From positions 64,001 to 128,000 of the forward strand of contig CBDBLX010000002.1 in assembly GCA_965207445.1 (NCBI GenBank): a stretch of DNA of 64,000 nt. Reading direction: 5' to 3'. This DNA comes from Nitrosopumilus sp. (GTDB lineage Archaea; Thermoproteota; Nitrososphaeria; Nitrososphaerales; Nitrosopumilaceae). The position numbers and the translations under genes were made by a program. This document shows positions 20,063 through 31,289 of this stretch, piece by piece. Numbering within the stretch: position 1 is the stretch's first letter; the number at the start of each line of letters is the position of its first letter. Below the pieces are notes generated by a model that worked only from the letters and a program-made list of their open reading frames with translations, made no database searches and was not told the DNA's origin.

Positions 20063-22974
20063 TTAACTCCGACACCTACTGATACATAGTACACCTCAGG
20101 TATCCCATCTTTAATCAGTATCGTACCAATGTTAATTACCGTGTCACTGTCATCATCCAAATTATTCGCATCCCACACCAACACACGATTAGTCCGCGGC
20201 ACGATATAATCATCGATGAACTCTTCTAGCGCCTCTATGGTCTCTTCTCGGTCCCGATCAGTGTAAAAGAACAGTTCATTGACATTAAATGACAACGGTA
20301 CTGCCAAAGATGTAGGTCTTGACACCTCTAGTTCAGCGTCCTCAAACACCTGCAGCACAATATCAATTCTATCTTCTAGCTCTAATTTAACAAAGCCCTC
20401 AGTATCATTACCATCACCACCACTAACACCAGATGGCTCAACACCAGAAACCTTGCTCAGATACGCCTCAAATGCGTCTTCTTGCGTGTCCCCTAACCCT
20501 ACAAAATACTCACCATTAAACGCAGCACCAACAGCAGCTATAGTTCCCAACTGGGCCACTACACCACCGGCACCTGCAGTATACACAGGTATGAAATACA
20601 CATCATGCTCACCTACACGATACAAGATATTATCCCCTATTCGGGGTGTTCTCAATAACGTCTTTAGTTGCGCAAACTCTGGGTCTCTATCAAGCGCCTC
20701 CTTTACAGCAGTGGGCCCTATCAGTTTGGTAGTAGAATTAAGCGGTACTTCATAAAACTGTATATTACCCAAACGCGACAGATCATTTTCCACTACGATA
20801 TATCCTGCTAGATTCCTGCCTTGTGAGCCCCTCAACTCTAGTGACAACAATCCCAAAAATTCCGTCTGATTAAACCCAGGAGGTTTTGCCTCTACATAAT
20901 ACGTATCTAGTCCTGCAGGTATCTCATAAAACTGATTTGCTTGGATAAACGTCTCTACATCAGTCACGTGATAAATGTTGTACATTTCAGTCTTCCAATT
21001 AAACAACTCTACTGGATATCTGATCTGCTCCTCTAGCCATGCAGGCATCGGACTGAACTGATCTGCGTATTGGGCAGCAAACATTTCAGTAAAAAAGTCA
21101 TCACCGGTCTGTAATAGTTGTATATTCCCATCATACGAGTCAACTAGCGCATATCCGACTAGCCTAAGATATGGATTGCCAATTGACCACGGTACATTCT
21201 GAGTATCAAATCCGATAATAAGCGGAATCAACCAATACGAGTTTGTGCCATCTGTAACAGGTAGCGAATCCAATTCTTTTCCAAACAAGTCATACAAAAA
21301 GTACGGATACAGCACTTCCATGCGATGATTAACGTCCTTGTATCTCATAACATGTACTGATTCAGCTGGAAACTGAAGTAAAAAGTTCGGCTCAAATATC
21401 CAGCTAAATGGAGGTCCAACATCCAAGCCACCTACCCCAGAGTACATCGCCTCCCCCAACTCTGCGCTCTCACCAGGACCCCTAGAAGTCGGGTGTCCAG
21501 ACCACGTTGACTCAAATAGTCCACCCTCTCCATAGTATATCTCACGTTGCTGGAAGAACTGATTACTGTCAACTATCTGACCATCAGTTGCCTCCAAAGT
21601 CAAAAACCCATCAGGTACATGCGTATACACAAGATGCTCATTATACCATCGATTATCAGAACTCACAGATGATGGCAGTATAGGTTTCATCGATGCAGTC
21701 CAGTACAAAGTATCATCAAATCGCAATATGTCATTGTCCTCAAAGTCAACATACGGTATCAGACCAATCTCTGGCTTTAGTTTTGCAAAGGCGGCCTCCC
21801 AATCCCACACGCGTATGACATCAAGTACATCTGCATTACTCTTTACATAGCCATCAATGTTATTTGGCGAGACGGGCCGCAACTGTACATCATGGGTCAC
21901 TTTGTTAATATCATCAAGCTCACCCAAATATCTATTCACACTAATCTGCTGAGCGGTATAGGGGCCCAAATATTCTATTTTGCGCGCGTCAGCTATTGTA
22001 TCATTAACTTCTACAAAGATAAACAGAGCAACACCAATGGCCAAGATGGTCAAAAAGCGTATCCACACATCACGCTTGAACATGTGAGTTAAGACACGCG
22101 CGCGTATACGATCTACTACAGAAAAAGCAACAAGCGCAAGACCAATTATCAAGACGCCACCAATTTCGTATTTGGTGTTATAATCAATCTGGTTTGTAAA
22201 AAACATGTTAAAGCCTGCCCACAAGACAGCAATTCCAACCAAGCCTTCTATAGTGGATACATAATTCAAATATCGAGGCTTGCCACTATTAGAGTCCTGA
22301 ACAAAGGATGTTACAACATGAATCATCCTATGAACACCCACATACAGTATAAGACGCAACCCAATAGCAGCCAAGATAGGCGGTATCAAAACTACAAGTG
22401 CAGGTATCATCGGAATTACACTCTCAGTAGCATATATCACATCAGTAGGCGGAGTTACAAATGGCAACGTAAAGAGAATAGGTAGATTCTCAACACCTAA
22501 CATATTACCGTCTACCAAAAATGCAACTGCACCAAACCCGAACATTATATTTGCAAAAAATGCACCAAACAGCAACACCTTTGTTATCTGCCATACAACA
22601 AACTGCAAAACACTAAGCTTGTAATCAGCATAACTTTCCAGACTATCAGATATAGGCTCTTGGACTGGAGACGTTCTAGGACCACGTGCCACAAATGCAA
22701 ATGTGGTCTTTATAGCATACCAGAACATCGATGACCTACCTAACATGTTAACGCGCACCAAAGCTATGGCAGCTAGTATGAGCGAGGACACCAAAGTATA
22801 ATACAAAGGTCTAGTAAACTCTTCATCAAACTCTGAAAAGTTCATGTAAAGTACCACACCTTGGTTTCCCACCACGATCAGCGTAGCTATTGCAATTGCA
22901 GCTACGACTATAAGCCTCAGATACTTGCTAGTGTCAGCCGGCGGGGTCGGTTTATCAGTAGTTGCGCTATACAA
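20059..22974 (-). CDS. UPF0182-family membrane protein
   Basis: Multiple N-terminal TM segments, then RVWD, HLVYTH, IYYGE and IRYP motifs. Confidence 0.85.
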   Translation of the reverse strand: MYSATTDKPTPPADTSKYLRLIVVAAIAIATLIVVGNQGVVLYMNFSEFDEEFTRPLYYTLVSSLILAAIALVRVNMLGRSSMFWYAIKTTFAFVARGPRTSPVQEPISDSLESYADYKLSVLQFVVWQITKVLLFGAFFANIMFGFGAVAFLVDGNMLGVENLPILFTLPFVTPPTDVIYATESVIPMIPALVVLIPPILAAIGLRLILYVGVHRMIHVVTSFVQDSNSGKPRYLNYVSTIEGLVGIAVLWAGFNMFFTNQIDYNTKYEIGGVLIIGLALVAFSVVDRIRARVLTHMFKRDVWIRFLTILAIGVALFIFVEVNDTIADARKIEYLGPYTAQQISVNRYLGELDDINKVTHDVQLRPVSPNNIDGYVKSNADVLDVIRVWDWEAAFAKLKPEIGLIPYVDFEDNDILRFDDTLYWTASMKPILPSSVSSDNRWYNEHLVYTHVPDGFLTLEATDGQIVDSNQFFQQREIYYGEGGLFESTWSGHPTSRGPGESAELGEAMYSGVGGLDVGPPFSWIFEPNFLLQFPAESVHVMRYKDVNHRMEVLYPYFLYDLFGKELDSLPVTDGTNSYWLIPLIIGFDTQNVPWSIGNPYLRLVGYALVDSYDGNIQLLQTGDDFFTEMFAAQYADQFSPMPAWLEEQIRYPVELFNWKTEMYNIYHVTDVETFIQANQFYEIPAGLDTYYVEAKPPGFNQTEFLGLLSLELRGSQGRNLAGYIVVENDLSRLGNIQFYEVPLNSTTKLIGPTAVKEALDRDPEFAQLKTLLRTPRIGDNILYRVGEHDVYFIPVYTAGAGGVVAQLGTIAAVGAAFNGEYFVGLGDTQEDAFEAYLSKVSGVEPSGVSGGDGNDTEGFVKLELEDRIDIVLQVFEDAELEVSRPTSLAVPLSFNVNELFFYTDRDREETIEALEEFIDDYIVPRTNRVLVWDANNLDDDSDTVINIGTILIKDGIPEVYYVSVGVGVN

Positions 22975-23127
22975 AACTGTATATCGTATCTGTTTGTTAA
23001 ATTAATGTGTTGTTAGGTTTGGCACAGTAATAAAATGTTCAACTAAAATGTGCACTTGTATGTATGATTTTCAATAAAATAGGCAAAATCACTAAAATTT
23101 CACCATACATGGTAATTAATCTCAACA

Positions 23128-24279
23128 TTATGGTATATGGGCAAGTCCTTTACATAGTAGATAGGCAGCAGCATATTTTGGTAGAGTAATTTTTTTGTCA
23201 TGTTTGTATGATCCAAGTACCGTGTCTCGCAGACGGAACCGAAGTGGACAATCATGCACAACCACATCAACAGTATCACTAGTATCAATCACAGCATCCA
23301 CATATGGATCAAATGTATCTATATCAGAGCAGGTCATCTTTATCATCGAACTCTTGCTGTTTATGGTGTGCGGCATTCTAAATATACGATGCACATCCAT
23401 CGTAACTCCAGAATCTATCTTTATGCCAATATTATTAATGGCATCATTAACCATACCTTGAAATCTAGCATACCTAGAGTCACCATCTAGTTTATCAAAT
23501 TCTGATAATATGTTGTTGCGGCCTTTTTTAGAGACAAACACATATTTTGCAAACTTGCCGCGCCAACCACGCTCACCAATATTAGGAATGTATTGCTTTT
23601 CAAATTTAGATCTGCTCACTCCCATAGATTCAGGTAACAGTCCTCTGAGTGTGATATAATCGGCTAGTTCTGTACGCGCACTAGCATCTAGTTTCAAAAA
23701 AGGCCCATGTAAAACATGTACATGATAACCCTCATTACCAGAAAAATATATTGTAATTACATTTGGCGAGATGCCCAAGTCATCACACAATATGTCAACT
23801 AGTAGTTTGATCTGCTCTTTTGCGCCTGCCATGCATTTTTTGCACGGCAGTGATACTGGTTTTGTGTTGATATTTTCCCCACATGTGTCACATGTAATTT
23901 TAGTAGATGCAGCATTGCACGTATGGCACACATAAAACACATGATTTTTGCGACAGGGCAACTGCAAGTCTTTGGCATCAACATCAAATATCAAGTCAGC
24001 GCCCTGCCAGTCTTTTTCTGTCAATGGCATATTTGGGAATCTGTAATATGCATTAGAGCAGTAGACATCAGATGGCGTGTTGCGCAAAAAGAATATATTC
24101 ATATTTTTTTTATCACGTATTTGGATATGTCGCATCATGCCAATATTTCCAAGCGTTTGGTATCCAAACTCGCGGCGTTGTATGTGTGTAGGGTGGGGTA
24201 TGTCATCTGTATGATCATAGTAGTATTGCTTGAAGAATGATTCAAGAAATTCAATATCAGGCGGATTCAACTTTATCAT
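23128..24279 (-). CDS. priS: DNA primase small subunit
   Basis: REFG, DLIFDVD, FSGNEGYHVH and DVHRIFRMP motifs. Confidence 0.95.
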   Translation of the reverse strand: MIKLNPPDIEFLESFFKQYYYDHTDDIPHPTHIQRREFGYQTLGNIGMMRHIQIRDKKNMNIFFLRNTPSDVYCSNAYYRFPNMPLTEKDWQGADLIFDVDAKDLQLPCRKNHVFYVCHTCNAASTKITCDTCGENINTKPVSLPCKKCMAGAKEQIKLLVDILCDDLGISPNVITIYFSGNEGYHVHVLHGPFLKLDASARTELADYITLRGLLPESMGVSRSKFEKQYIPNIGERGWRGKFAKYVFVSKKGRNNILSEFDKLDGDSRYARFQGMVNDAINNIGIKIDSGVTMDVHRIFRMPHTINSKSSMIKMTCSDIDTFDPYVDAVIDTSDTVDVVVHDCPLRFRLRDTVLGSYKHDKKITLPKYAAAYLLCKGLAHIP

Positions 24280-25321
24280 CTTTTGTTGTGTTTATCTTTT
24301 TTCTGCCAAACTGCATAGGTGAAATAATTCCATCACATTGAGGTGTAGCGTGACACAAATTTTGTGTGCGTAGTTTGTCACAAGAAGGACATATGTATTT
24401 TGTAGTGGTGCCGAATTGACCTGACAAGTGATTTAACTGGTACATGGTGGTTTTTTCATTATAGTCAGGCGCATTTTTAAACAGAGGTGCTATCTGTTGC
24501 ACCGTCTGATTTCGTCCAAGTAGAAAAGTCGCCAACATGAATCTACCAGAGTGAGGTAGATTCTCGCCCCGTTCAAGTACAGAGATTGCGTGTTTGATGC
24601 ATGGTGGGTACTCACCTGTGTGCTCGTATTTTGGGGTGAGTTGATCAGCGCATGTACTTAGTTTTGAGACTATCTTTTCTAATCCAGGTATCATGTCTGG
24701 TGTAGGTGAATTTTTGATACGAGATATGATGTATGTTGTGAGTGCGTGACGTATCAGGCGGACTGTCTTATCAGGTGTTAATGCTACGTATCCTTTTACA
24801 ACTTGCCTGTTTACCAGTTTCCACTCACGCTCATGAAATACTGCAGAGTGTTTGAGATATTCAGATATGCGTATCAAATAGTAATCATTGCGCTGTGTGA
24901 TCTCCATACCAAACATATCAATAAAGATGAGGCGTACTAGGTTGTATCGCATGGTGTTATTATGTATGATATTGAGATCATTTTTGAGATGCTCTTCTGC
25001 ACGTCTAGCTTCACTTAGCGCAAATCGTTGTATTAGTGTGTGGCGTTTTGTTAGTTTGATGAGTACAATGGCAATCAAAAATGAAAGTATCTCTACATCA
25101 AACATTTGATCCTCAGAAAAGGTGGTCTTGTTATTATGCTCAGATCTGTACACTTTGCCCTGAGTTGCCGTCATTACACGCTCATATGCTGTTTTTACTA
25201 TAATCTCAAGGGCAGGGTCAGTACCAAATTGAGATATCTCAAAACCATAATCCTGAAGGTATTTTCCAGCACCAGTCATAAATGGGTATTTTGCCAAATC
25301 ATCACGACCCAATATTAGCAT
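24257..25321 (-). CDS. priL: DNA primase large subunit
   Basis: AKYPF, YPPCI, NLPHSGRF and CPSC Fe-S motifs; adjacent to priS. Confidence 0.93.
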   Translation of the reverse strand: MLILGRDDLAKYPFMTGAGKYLQDYGFEISQFGTDPALEIIVKTAYERVMTATQGKVYRSEHNNKTTFSEDQMFDVEILSFLIAIVLIKLTKRHTLIQRFALSEARRAEEHLKNDLNIIHNNTMRYNLVRLIFIDMFGMEITQRNDYYLIRISEYLKHSAVFHEREWKLVNRQVVKGYVALTPDKTVRLIRHALTTYIISRIKNSPTPDMIPGLEKIVSKLSTCADQLTPKYEHTGEYPPCIKHAISVLERGENLPHSGRFMLATFLLGRNQTVQQIAPLFKNAPDYNEKTTMYQLNHLSGQFGTTTKYICPSCDKLRTQNLCHATPQCDGIISPMQFGRKKINTTKDDKVESA

Positions 25322-25599
25322 ACTATTGCATCAACAAACACATACATAAAATGCACGACTATATCAGTTGGAGAGGTTGTAATTAGGTATGGTTGTTATT
25401 CTTTTTTTTGAGAGTTCTCATCAAATCATAAAAAGTATTTACAAATCATATTATATTTTAATGATCATTAGATATAATATTCCCAAAGCCTACGATCATG
25501 GCAGACTGGTATCTGAGATGAAATCTGGAATTAACCATAATTCATATGAATATAATTGCACAGATACGCGCTCAGGGCAGCTTGTAAAAAGTTACTATT

Positions 25600-26466
25600 T
25601 TACAGAAATTTTTGCCCAGGCGTATGAGGATAATTTATGGCAACAATCTCCATACTGTCATTTTGTGTTGTATATTGCAGTGATCGTCGCAACGCCACAT
25701 AATATGTCTCAAATTTCATATCTGACAGTCCCAAGTCATCAGGGCTGTTTTGTTCTGATATCATGATACGATTATCTCTGCGTGTAGCATCTACAAACTG
25801 CAAGAAACTCTCAGTTGTCGGAACCTCATTGTAATGTGAGTTGGGATTGTTCATGTATGGCGGGTCCAAATACAAAAACGAATTTTTAAGATGTTCAAAT
25901 TCTTCAAATCTCTTGTTTGTTATTGTTATGTTTTTTATGCTCTTGCTAATATTGTGCATATGTCCATTTAGCAGATCAGGGCAGCGTGTATTTTTACGCA
26001 TGGGTACATTAAATCTGTTTTTTCGATTAAAACGAATCTTACCACTAAACGCATTTTTTGCCAAGTATAGAAATTGTCCTGCGCCCTTTACACCATCAGT
26101 TAACGAGTCCTCTGCACGTACTGCTAGATAATACTCATGAGATGATCGACTTTTGTGTTTGTTATATTCATGTATAAGTTGATCAATGTCATCACGCACA
26201 CATGTCATAAAATTAGTCAGTACAGGGTTGTTGTCATTATATGTGATATCACTCAAAGGCCCAAAACGAAAAGAACAGTATATGGTAAACGCCCCAGAGC
26301 CACCAAACAGGTCATAGATTTGTTCGCCATATTCGTTTGGCATCAAGTCATCAAATATGTGAGTGAAACCAGATTTGTTTCCCACATATGGTAACAGGTG
26401 ACACTTTTGATTCTTATTGTTTCTTACTTCATAGTGTGGTGCCGATAACAATAATAGTACACACAA
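25600..26466 (-). CDS. Solitary Dam-family (D12 class) DNA adenine methyltransferase
   Basis: YVGNKS, DLFGGSG, RFNRKNRFNVP and YLDPPY motifs; start codon uncertain. Confidence 0.88.
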   Translation of the reverse strand: MCVLLLLSAPHYEVRNNKNQKCHLLPYVGNKSGFTHIFDDLMPNEYGEQIYDLFGGSGAFTIYCSFRFGPLSDITYNDNNPVLTNFMTCVRDDIDQLIHEYNKHKSRSSHEYYLAVRAEDSLTDGVKGAGQFLYLAKNAFSGKIRFNRKNRFNVPMRKNTRCPDLLNGHMHNISKSIKNITITNKRFEEFEHLKNSFLYLDPPYMNNPNSHYNEVPTTESFLQFVDATRRDNRIMISEQNSPDDLGLSDMKFETYYVALRRSLQYTTQNDSMEIVAINYPHTPGQKFL

Positions 26467-26524
26467 GTTTCCTAATTTGTAATTTTTGATCCGGGTTTAA
26501 ATTATCATAATAATACCAAAAGAT

Positions 26525-27376
26525 ATGCAGATAGGATGCCACGTCTCTATATCAGGCTCACTTGCAAATGCAGTCGATAATGCTACTAGCCGTAATTGTA
26601 CTGCATTTCAACTATTCACACACAATCCACGGGGATGGTATGCAAAAGACTTGGATGAACAAACAATAGAATCATTCAAGACAAAACTAGAGCAAAGTGA
26701 CATTAATAGTAATGCAGTGTGTGTACATATGCCATATCTGCCTAATTTGGCGTCACCGGATGATGCAAAATTCAAAAGGTCACTGGCATCATTAAAAGAT
26801 GAAATACGCAGGTGTTCTTTGCTTGGAATACCATATGTTGTAACACATCTTGGCAGTCACATGGGTACTGGTGAAGAGGCAGGTATAAACAGATTAGAAA
26901 AGGGATTAAACGCCGCTGCAAAAGATACACCTGATGATGTTATGATACTCTTAGAGAATACAGCAGGCCAAAAGAACTCTGTGGGCGCTGATCTGAAACA
27001 GTTAGGGGAGATACTTTGTCGTTGCAAGCCTGCAAAACGATTTGGCGTCTGTTTTGATACATGTCATGCATTTGTAGCAGGGTATGACATGAGAACAAAA
27101 CAAAAAGTAAATGAGACATTTGCAGAGTTTGACAAGCATATAGGGCTAGATAGACTACGAATAATTCATCTCAATGATGCCAAAGGTGAGTTAGGCTCCA
27201 AGCGCGACAGACACTACCACATAGGGTTAGGTGAGATAGGGGAGAGAGGATTGGCAGAGACCATAAAGATTGCAGTTCAAAAAGGCATCCCGCTGATTTT
27301 AGAGACCCCAATTGATGAGAAGAGAGATGATATAGGAAACATGGAAAAAGCAAGAGAGTTGTTTGCGACGGTTTAA
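26525..27376 (+). CDS. nfo: Endonuclease IV
   Basis: HMPYLPNLAS, LENTAG, CFDTCH, HLND, DRHYH and LETP motifs. Confidence 0.95.
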   Translation: MQIGCHVSISGSLANAVDNATSRNCTAFQLFTHNPRGWYAKDLDEQTIESFKTKLEQSDINSNAVCVHMPYLPNLASPDDAKFKRSLASLKDEIRRCSLLGIPYVVTHLGSHMGTGEEAGINRLEKGLNAAAKDTPDDVMILLENTAGQKNSVGADLKQLGEILCRCKPAKRFGVCFDTCHAFVAGYDMRTKQKVNETFAEFDKHIGLDRLRIIHLNDAKGELGSKRDRHYHIGLGEIGERGLAETIKIAVQKGIPLILETPIDEKRDDIGNMEKARELFATV

Positions 27377-27405
27377 TTATAATTGATTTTGTGAGATGAT
27401 AATAT

Positions 27406-28884
27406 ATGATAGATTATGAACAAGTAGTAAAACTTGCACTAGAGCGCGGTTTTTACTTTCCAAGTTGTGAGGTGTACGGGGATGCACAAGCAGGATTCTG
27501 GGAGTATGGTCCATCAGGTGTTGCACTAAAAAATAAATTTCTAGAGTTGTGGCGACGTGAACTTCTCAGAAGAGACTCGATGATGGAGATCGACGGCTCT
27601 CAGATAATGTCAGGTTTGGTATTTGAGGCATCAGGACATTTGGCAAGTTTTGTAGATCCTATCATTAAATGCCAAAAATGTGGGCTGACAGCAAGAGCAG
27701 ACAAGACAATACAAGAGATAGTAAACATTACAGTGCCCGAGTCAGCAGAGCCTGGAGAGTTTGATGATATCATATCAAGATATGACATACGGTGTCCCAA
27801 ATGCAAGGGTGAATTTACAAAAACTGAACGATTCAATATGATGTTTAAAGTGGGAATTGGTCCTGAGCAAAGGGAAGCTTTTTTGCGCCCAGAGACGTGT
27901 CAGTCAATATTCGTTGACTTTCCCAGATTATACAAGTCGATGAGAGGTACATTACCAATAGGAATAGGGCAGATAGGTAAGAGTTTTAGAAACGAGATTG
28001 CACCAAGACAAGGTCTGTTGAGATTGCGTGAGTTTTATCAAGCAGAGATTGAAGTATTTTGTAATCCTCAACGACTCGATGAGGTACCAAATTTTGCAGA
28101 GATAGCGGATGTAGAGTTAAATTTACAGTTGGACTCTGATGAGAGTGATGGTACACAACATACTGTAACATGTGATCTGGCAGTAAAAAATGGTTTTTTG
28201 CCAAACAAATTGATCGCATATTATTTGGGCATGTTAACTGAATTTTATCAAAAAACCGGAATTGACATGTCATATAGTAGATTTCGTAAATTGGGACAAA
28301 AAGAAAAGGCGTTTTATGCACAAGTCGCATTTGATTTTGAGGTCAAGACCTCGACTGGATGGCTAGAGTTAGTTGCGTGTAATTACAGATCAGGGCACGA
28401 TCTGCAGGGACATGCTGATAAAAGTGGAGAAAAATTTGAGGTGATCGACTGTGAGCAAAAAGTATTGCCACATGTCTTTGAGATATCAATGGGTATTGAT
28501 CGCAGTTTGTACACCATACTAGAGCATAGTTTGTATTTTGACAAAGAGCACGAGAACAGAAAGGTGTTGTCATTAAAGCCGTATTTGGCGCCAGTACATA
28601 TTGGTGTCTTGTCTCTAGTCAAAAAAGATGGGTTGCGCGAAAAGACAGATGAGATATATGGTATGATAAAACGAAAATGTGACGCATTTTTAGATCATTC
28701 AGGTGCCATTGGTAGACGATACAGGCGACTAGATGAAGTAGGGGCCCCGTTTGCCATAACAGTCGATCATCAGACATTGCAAGACCAAACTATCACAATT
28801 AGAATGCGAGATAGTATGGAGCAATCAAGGATTAGTATATCACAGTTAGATGAGTTTGTAGCAAAACGTATTGCATATCCATAA
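27406..28884 (+). CDS. glyS: Glycine--tRNA ligase (alpha2 type)
   Basis: LRPET, GKSFRNEI and GAIGRRYRRLDEVG motifs. Confidence 0.95.
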   Translation: MIDYEQVVKLALERGFYFPSCEVYGDAQAGFWEYGPSGVALKNKFLELWRRELLRRDSMMEIDGSQIMSGLVFEASGHLASFVDPIIKCQKCGLTARADKTIQEIVNITVPESAEPGEFDDIISRYDIRCPKCKGEFTKTERFNMMFKVGIGPEQREAFLRPETCQSIFVDFPRLYKSMRGTLPIGIGQIGKSFRNEIAPRQGLLRLREFYQAEIEVFCNPQRLDEVPNFAEIADVELNLQLDSDESDGTQHTVTCDLAVKNGFLPNKLIAYYLGMLTEFYQKTGIDMSYSRFRKLGQKEKAFYAQVAFDFEVKTSTGWLELVACNYRSGHDLQGHADKSGEKFEVIDCEQKVLPHVFEISMGIDRSLYTILEHSLYFDKEHENRKVLSLKPYLAPVHIGVLSLVKKDGLREKTDEIYGMIKRKCDAFLDHSGAIGRRYRRLDEVGAPFAITVDHQTLQDQTITIRMRDSMEQSRISISQLDEFVAKRIAYP

Positions 28885-29245
28885 CAAAAAGTGCGTATAA
28901 AATAAAAGATCATTTATTAGTTATTTCAAATAGAAATTTGGTTTTATTTGTATAGACCTTTTGCACAATCAACATATTATAAGAAAAAATCAAAGTAAAT
29001 TTCAATAAAAAATCATATTAGTATATGATATATGATAGATGGAAAATAAATAAAAGCAAGCTCGGGTAAAATGAATCCTTAATTACTGCTCAGAGATCAA
29101 ACTTTAATTTTTTCTCTTTAGAATCCAAGTGTATGGTGGTTAACTAGCCCCGATATAATCTGCAAGATACGGTCAAGAGAATCATCAAATTTAATGTATA
29201 TGTTTCGCAGCACTGAAAAATGTTTTAGTTTTACTATTGCATGCT

Positions 29246-29784
29246 CTATTTTGATTCGAATTTTACTGATGGATTTGTTGTATTTTTTTTCTCATCTTCT
29301 GCCAACTCTTTTTTTGATTGTCCTCCACGTGCAAATGATTTCAATGTGACTAGTGCACATTCTGTATTTTCTTGTAATTCTGAGCTTTTATACGAACGGC
29401 CACGAGTTACAGTAATCATGTTGTTCAAATACACAGGGTTATCTCTACTAGTAACATCTAAAGATGTTTTATCTTTGAACAGTAAAATTTTCTGTGCGTT
29501 TACAATTTTTTTAAATTGATCATCAATTGTTTTTAGATCTATTATATCTACACTAAGGAAGATCAGAATCGTCAAATTCAATACTCAGGTTTGTCATGGT
29601 GTTGTGGTCTATGGGTCGTTCACCCTCCACGGCAAGATCCAAATCTGAGCCATCATGTGTTGTCTATTTAGATCTGCTTCCAAATACCCATTCTGACATC
29701 TGGCTCAAGATGTCTTTGAAGAATATCGCACACCATACTCATGTGATTCGTGGATATGTCGATTGGACTAGTCAACAGACGCAT
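29246..29784 (-). pseudogene. Decayed MNT nucleotidyltransferase-HsdS fusion, paralog of 40586-42214
   Basis: Manual translation across frameshifts and stops gives PIDIS...DILQRHL...WVFGSRSK*TTHDGSDLDLAVEG...LSIEFDDSDLP, then IIDLKTI...KKIVNAQK and a short HsdS-like GRSYKSSEL...LVTLKSFARGG. Confidence 0.8.
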
Positions 29785-30199
29785 TCATCTCCTTGAGGTG
29801 GGCCAAGGTATATTGTACATCCTGCAGAAAATCTACCACACCTTCAAAGATCTCTTGTGCCTTGTCCTCATTGTATGTGTGACTGGTGGTTCCACGACTT
29901 TCTCTGTATTTGCGCCAAACGGTCACATCAGAACATACAAGATTCTTGCCATATGCTTCTCGTATAATTCTGTTAAAAGTCATATCGTTAACTGTTTTGG
30001 GACTGGGTGCAGTTTCTATCAAATATCGCTTGATCATTTTAAATGTAAGTTCATATGTAAATTCAAAGGCCTGTATGGTGGCCGAGCGCAGGTGTCTTTG
30101 CAACACAACATCATTCCTAGTTGCCTCTCGCTTGTATATGTCCAAGGACTCTTCTAGTTGGGCCACTGCTCTCTCCAATGGTCCAAGATCAAGACTCAT
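29768..30199 (-). CDS. HEPN-domain protein, HI0074 / nucleotidyltransferase substrate-binding family
   Basis: IQAFEFTYEL and an RX4HXY motif (RGTTSHTY). Confidence 0.88.
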   Translation of the reverse strand: MSLDLGPLERAVAQLEESLDIYKREATRNDVVLQRHLRSATIQAFEFTYELTFKMIKRYLIETAPSPKTVNDMTFNRIIREAYGKNLVCSDVTVWRKYRESRGTTSHTYNEDKAQEIFEGVVDFLQDVQYTLAHLKEMNASVD

Positions 30200-30606
30200 A
30201 CGCCACCCTCCATGCCTGCAAACCCCAAGTCCCTTATGTTTTTTGTGATGAATTTGTCCAGTTTCCGCGCTTTAGACTGTTGTTTGCCTAATTCGGCTGC
30301 CAGTCGTCTCATCTTTTGCTCAAACGACTCACCATCACCTTCCTCCTGAGGTGCAACTCCTACGTAACGACCCGGCGTGAGTACGTGGCCGTGTTCGCGA
30401 ATCTCTTCAATTCCGACACTTTTACAAAAACCCAGTTCGTCTGTATATTTATTTTTGTTCTGCCATACATGATACACGTCTACGATCTTTTGTGCATCTA
30501 CCTCATCTAACACACGATGTGTACGATCCTCCATTCTGCCCATATTGCGGGCGTCAATAAATAACACCTGCCCGCGTCTTTTGGATTTCTTGATTGTAAA
30601 TGTCAA
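30196..30606 (-). pseudogene. hsdM: C-terminal fragment of type I HsdM
   Basis: [16 protein letters not shown] and LTPGRYVG match the C-terminus of the full HsdM at 43620-45206; the catalytic part is missing. Confidence 0.85.
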
Positions 30607-30824
30607 TATCGTATTATGTAATATGAACTTTATAACTGAATCTTCGATTGCATGATTTCATGATATCTTAAAAACCAATGCTTTGGGTCGGGCAGGTAGT
30701 GATCGTGGCAGATTCAAAACTATTGCGAACCGTCAAGAGCCCTTCTCAAGTCTGAATAGTCCTAAAACAAGTTCACCCAAGTGGATAAGCTCATGTGGGT
30801 CATTCTGGACTAAACCGAGTAAAC

Positions 30825-31220
30825 GTAACTATTTTGCTTTTTAAAGTGCATACATAAGGTAAAAGATCATGCGCATTTTTCCGATTATAATGATCTCGAC
30901 ATTGTATATTCATATATAATCAATTGGCAAGGATAGTGCGTAGTTGATTATAATACGCAGATGGACACTAATGATTCTGTAGTTTTTAGCCAGGTTTGCA
31001 TGCCTTGCACAGCATGTCAAAAAAGCTCTCGCCTCTGATCTTACCTGTTGCAAGCAGTGTGAATAATATTGAGTTGGCATCCATACCACGAGATGTGCTG
31101 TTTCCACCACCATCATTTTTTATGAATACAAATACTCGATTAGTTGTGTGAACCAAGCTCATTGGATACAATAATGAAATACATACCTGTATTTGGTTAT
31201 ATTCCTGTCTGCATATCAAG
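30825..31220 (-). mobile_element. IS66-family remnant (terminal end plus transposase C-terminal fragment)
   Basis: End GTAACTATTTTGCTTTTT; closely similar to 47502-47961; TNRVFVFIKNDGGGNSTSRGM fragment. Confidence 0.75.
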
Positions 31221-31289
31221 TATCGTGCATGCGATACATTTGGCTAGGAGTTATTTTTGAATGATTATATAGTCATGGAGGTTGGTTCA

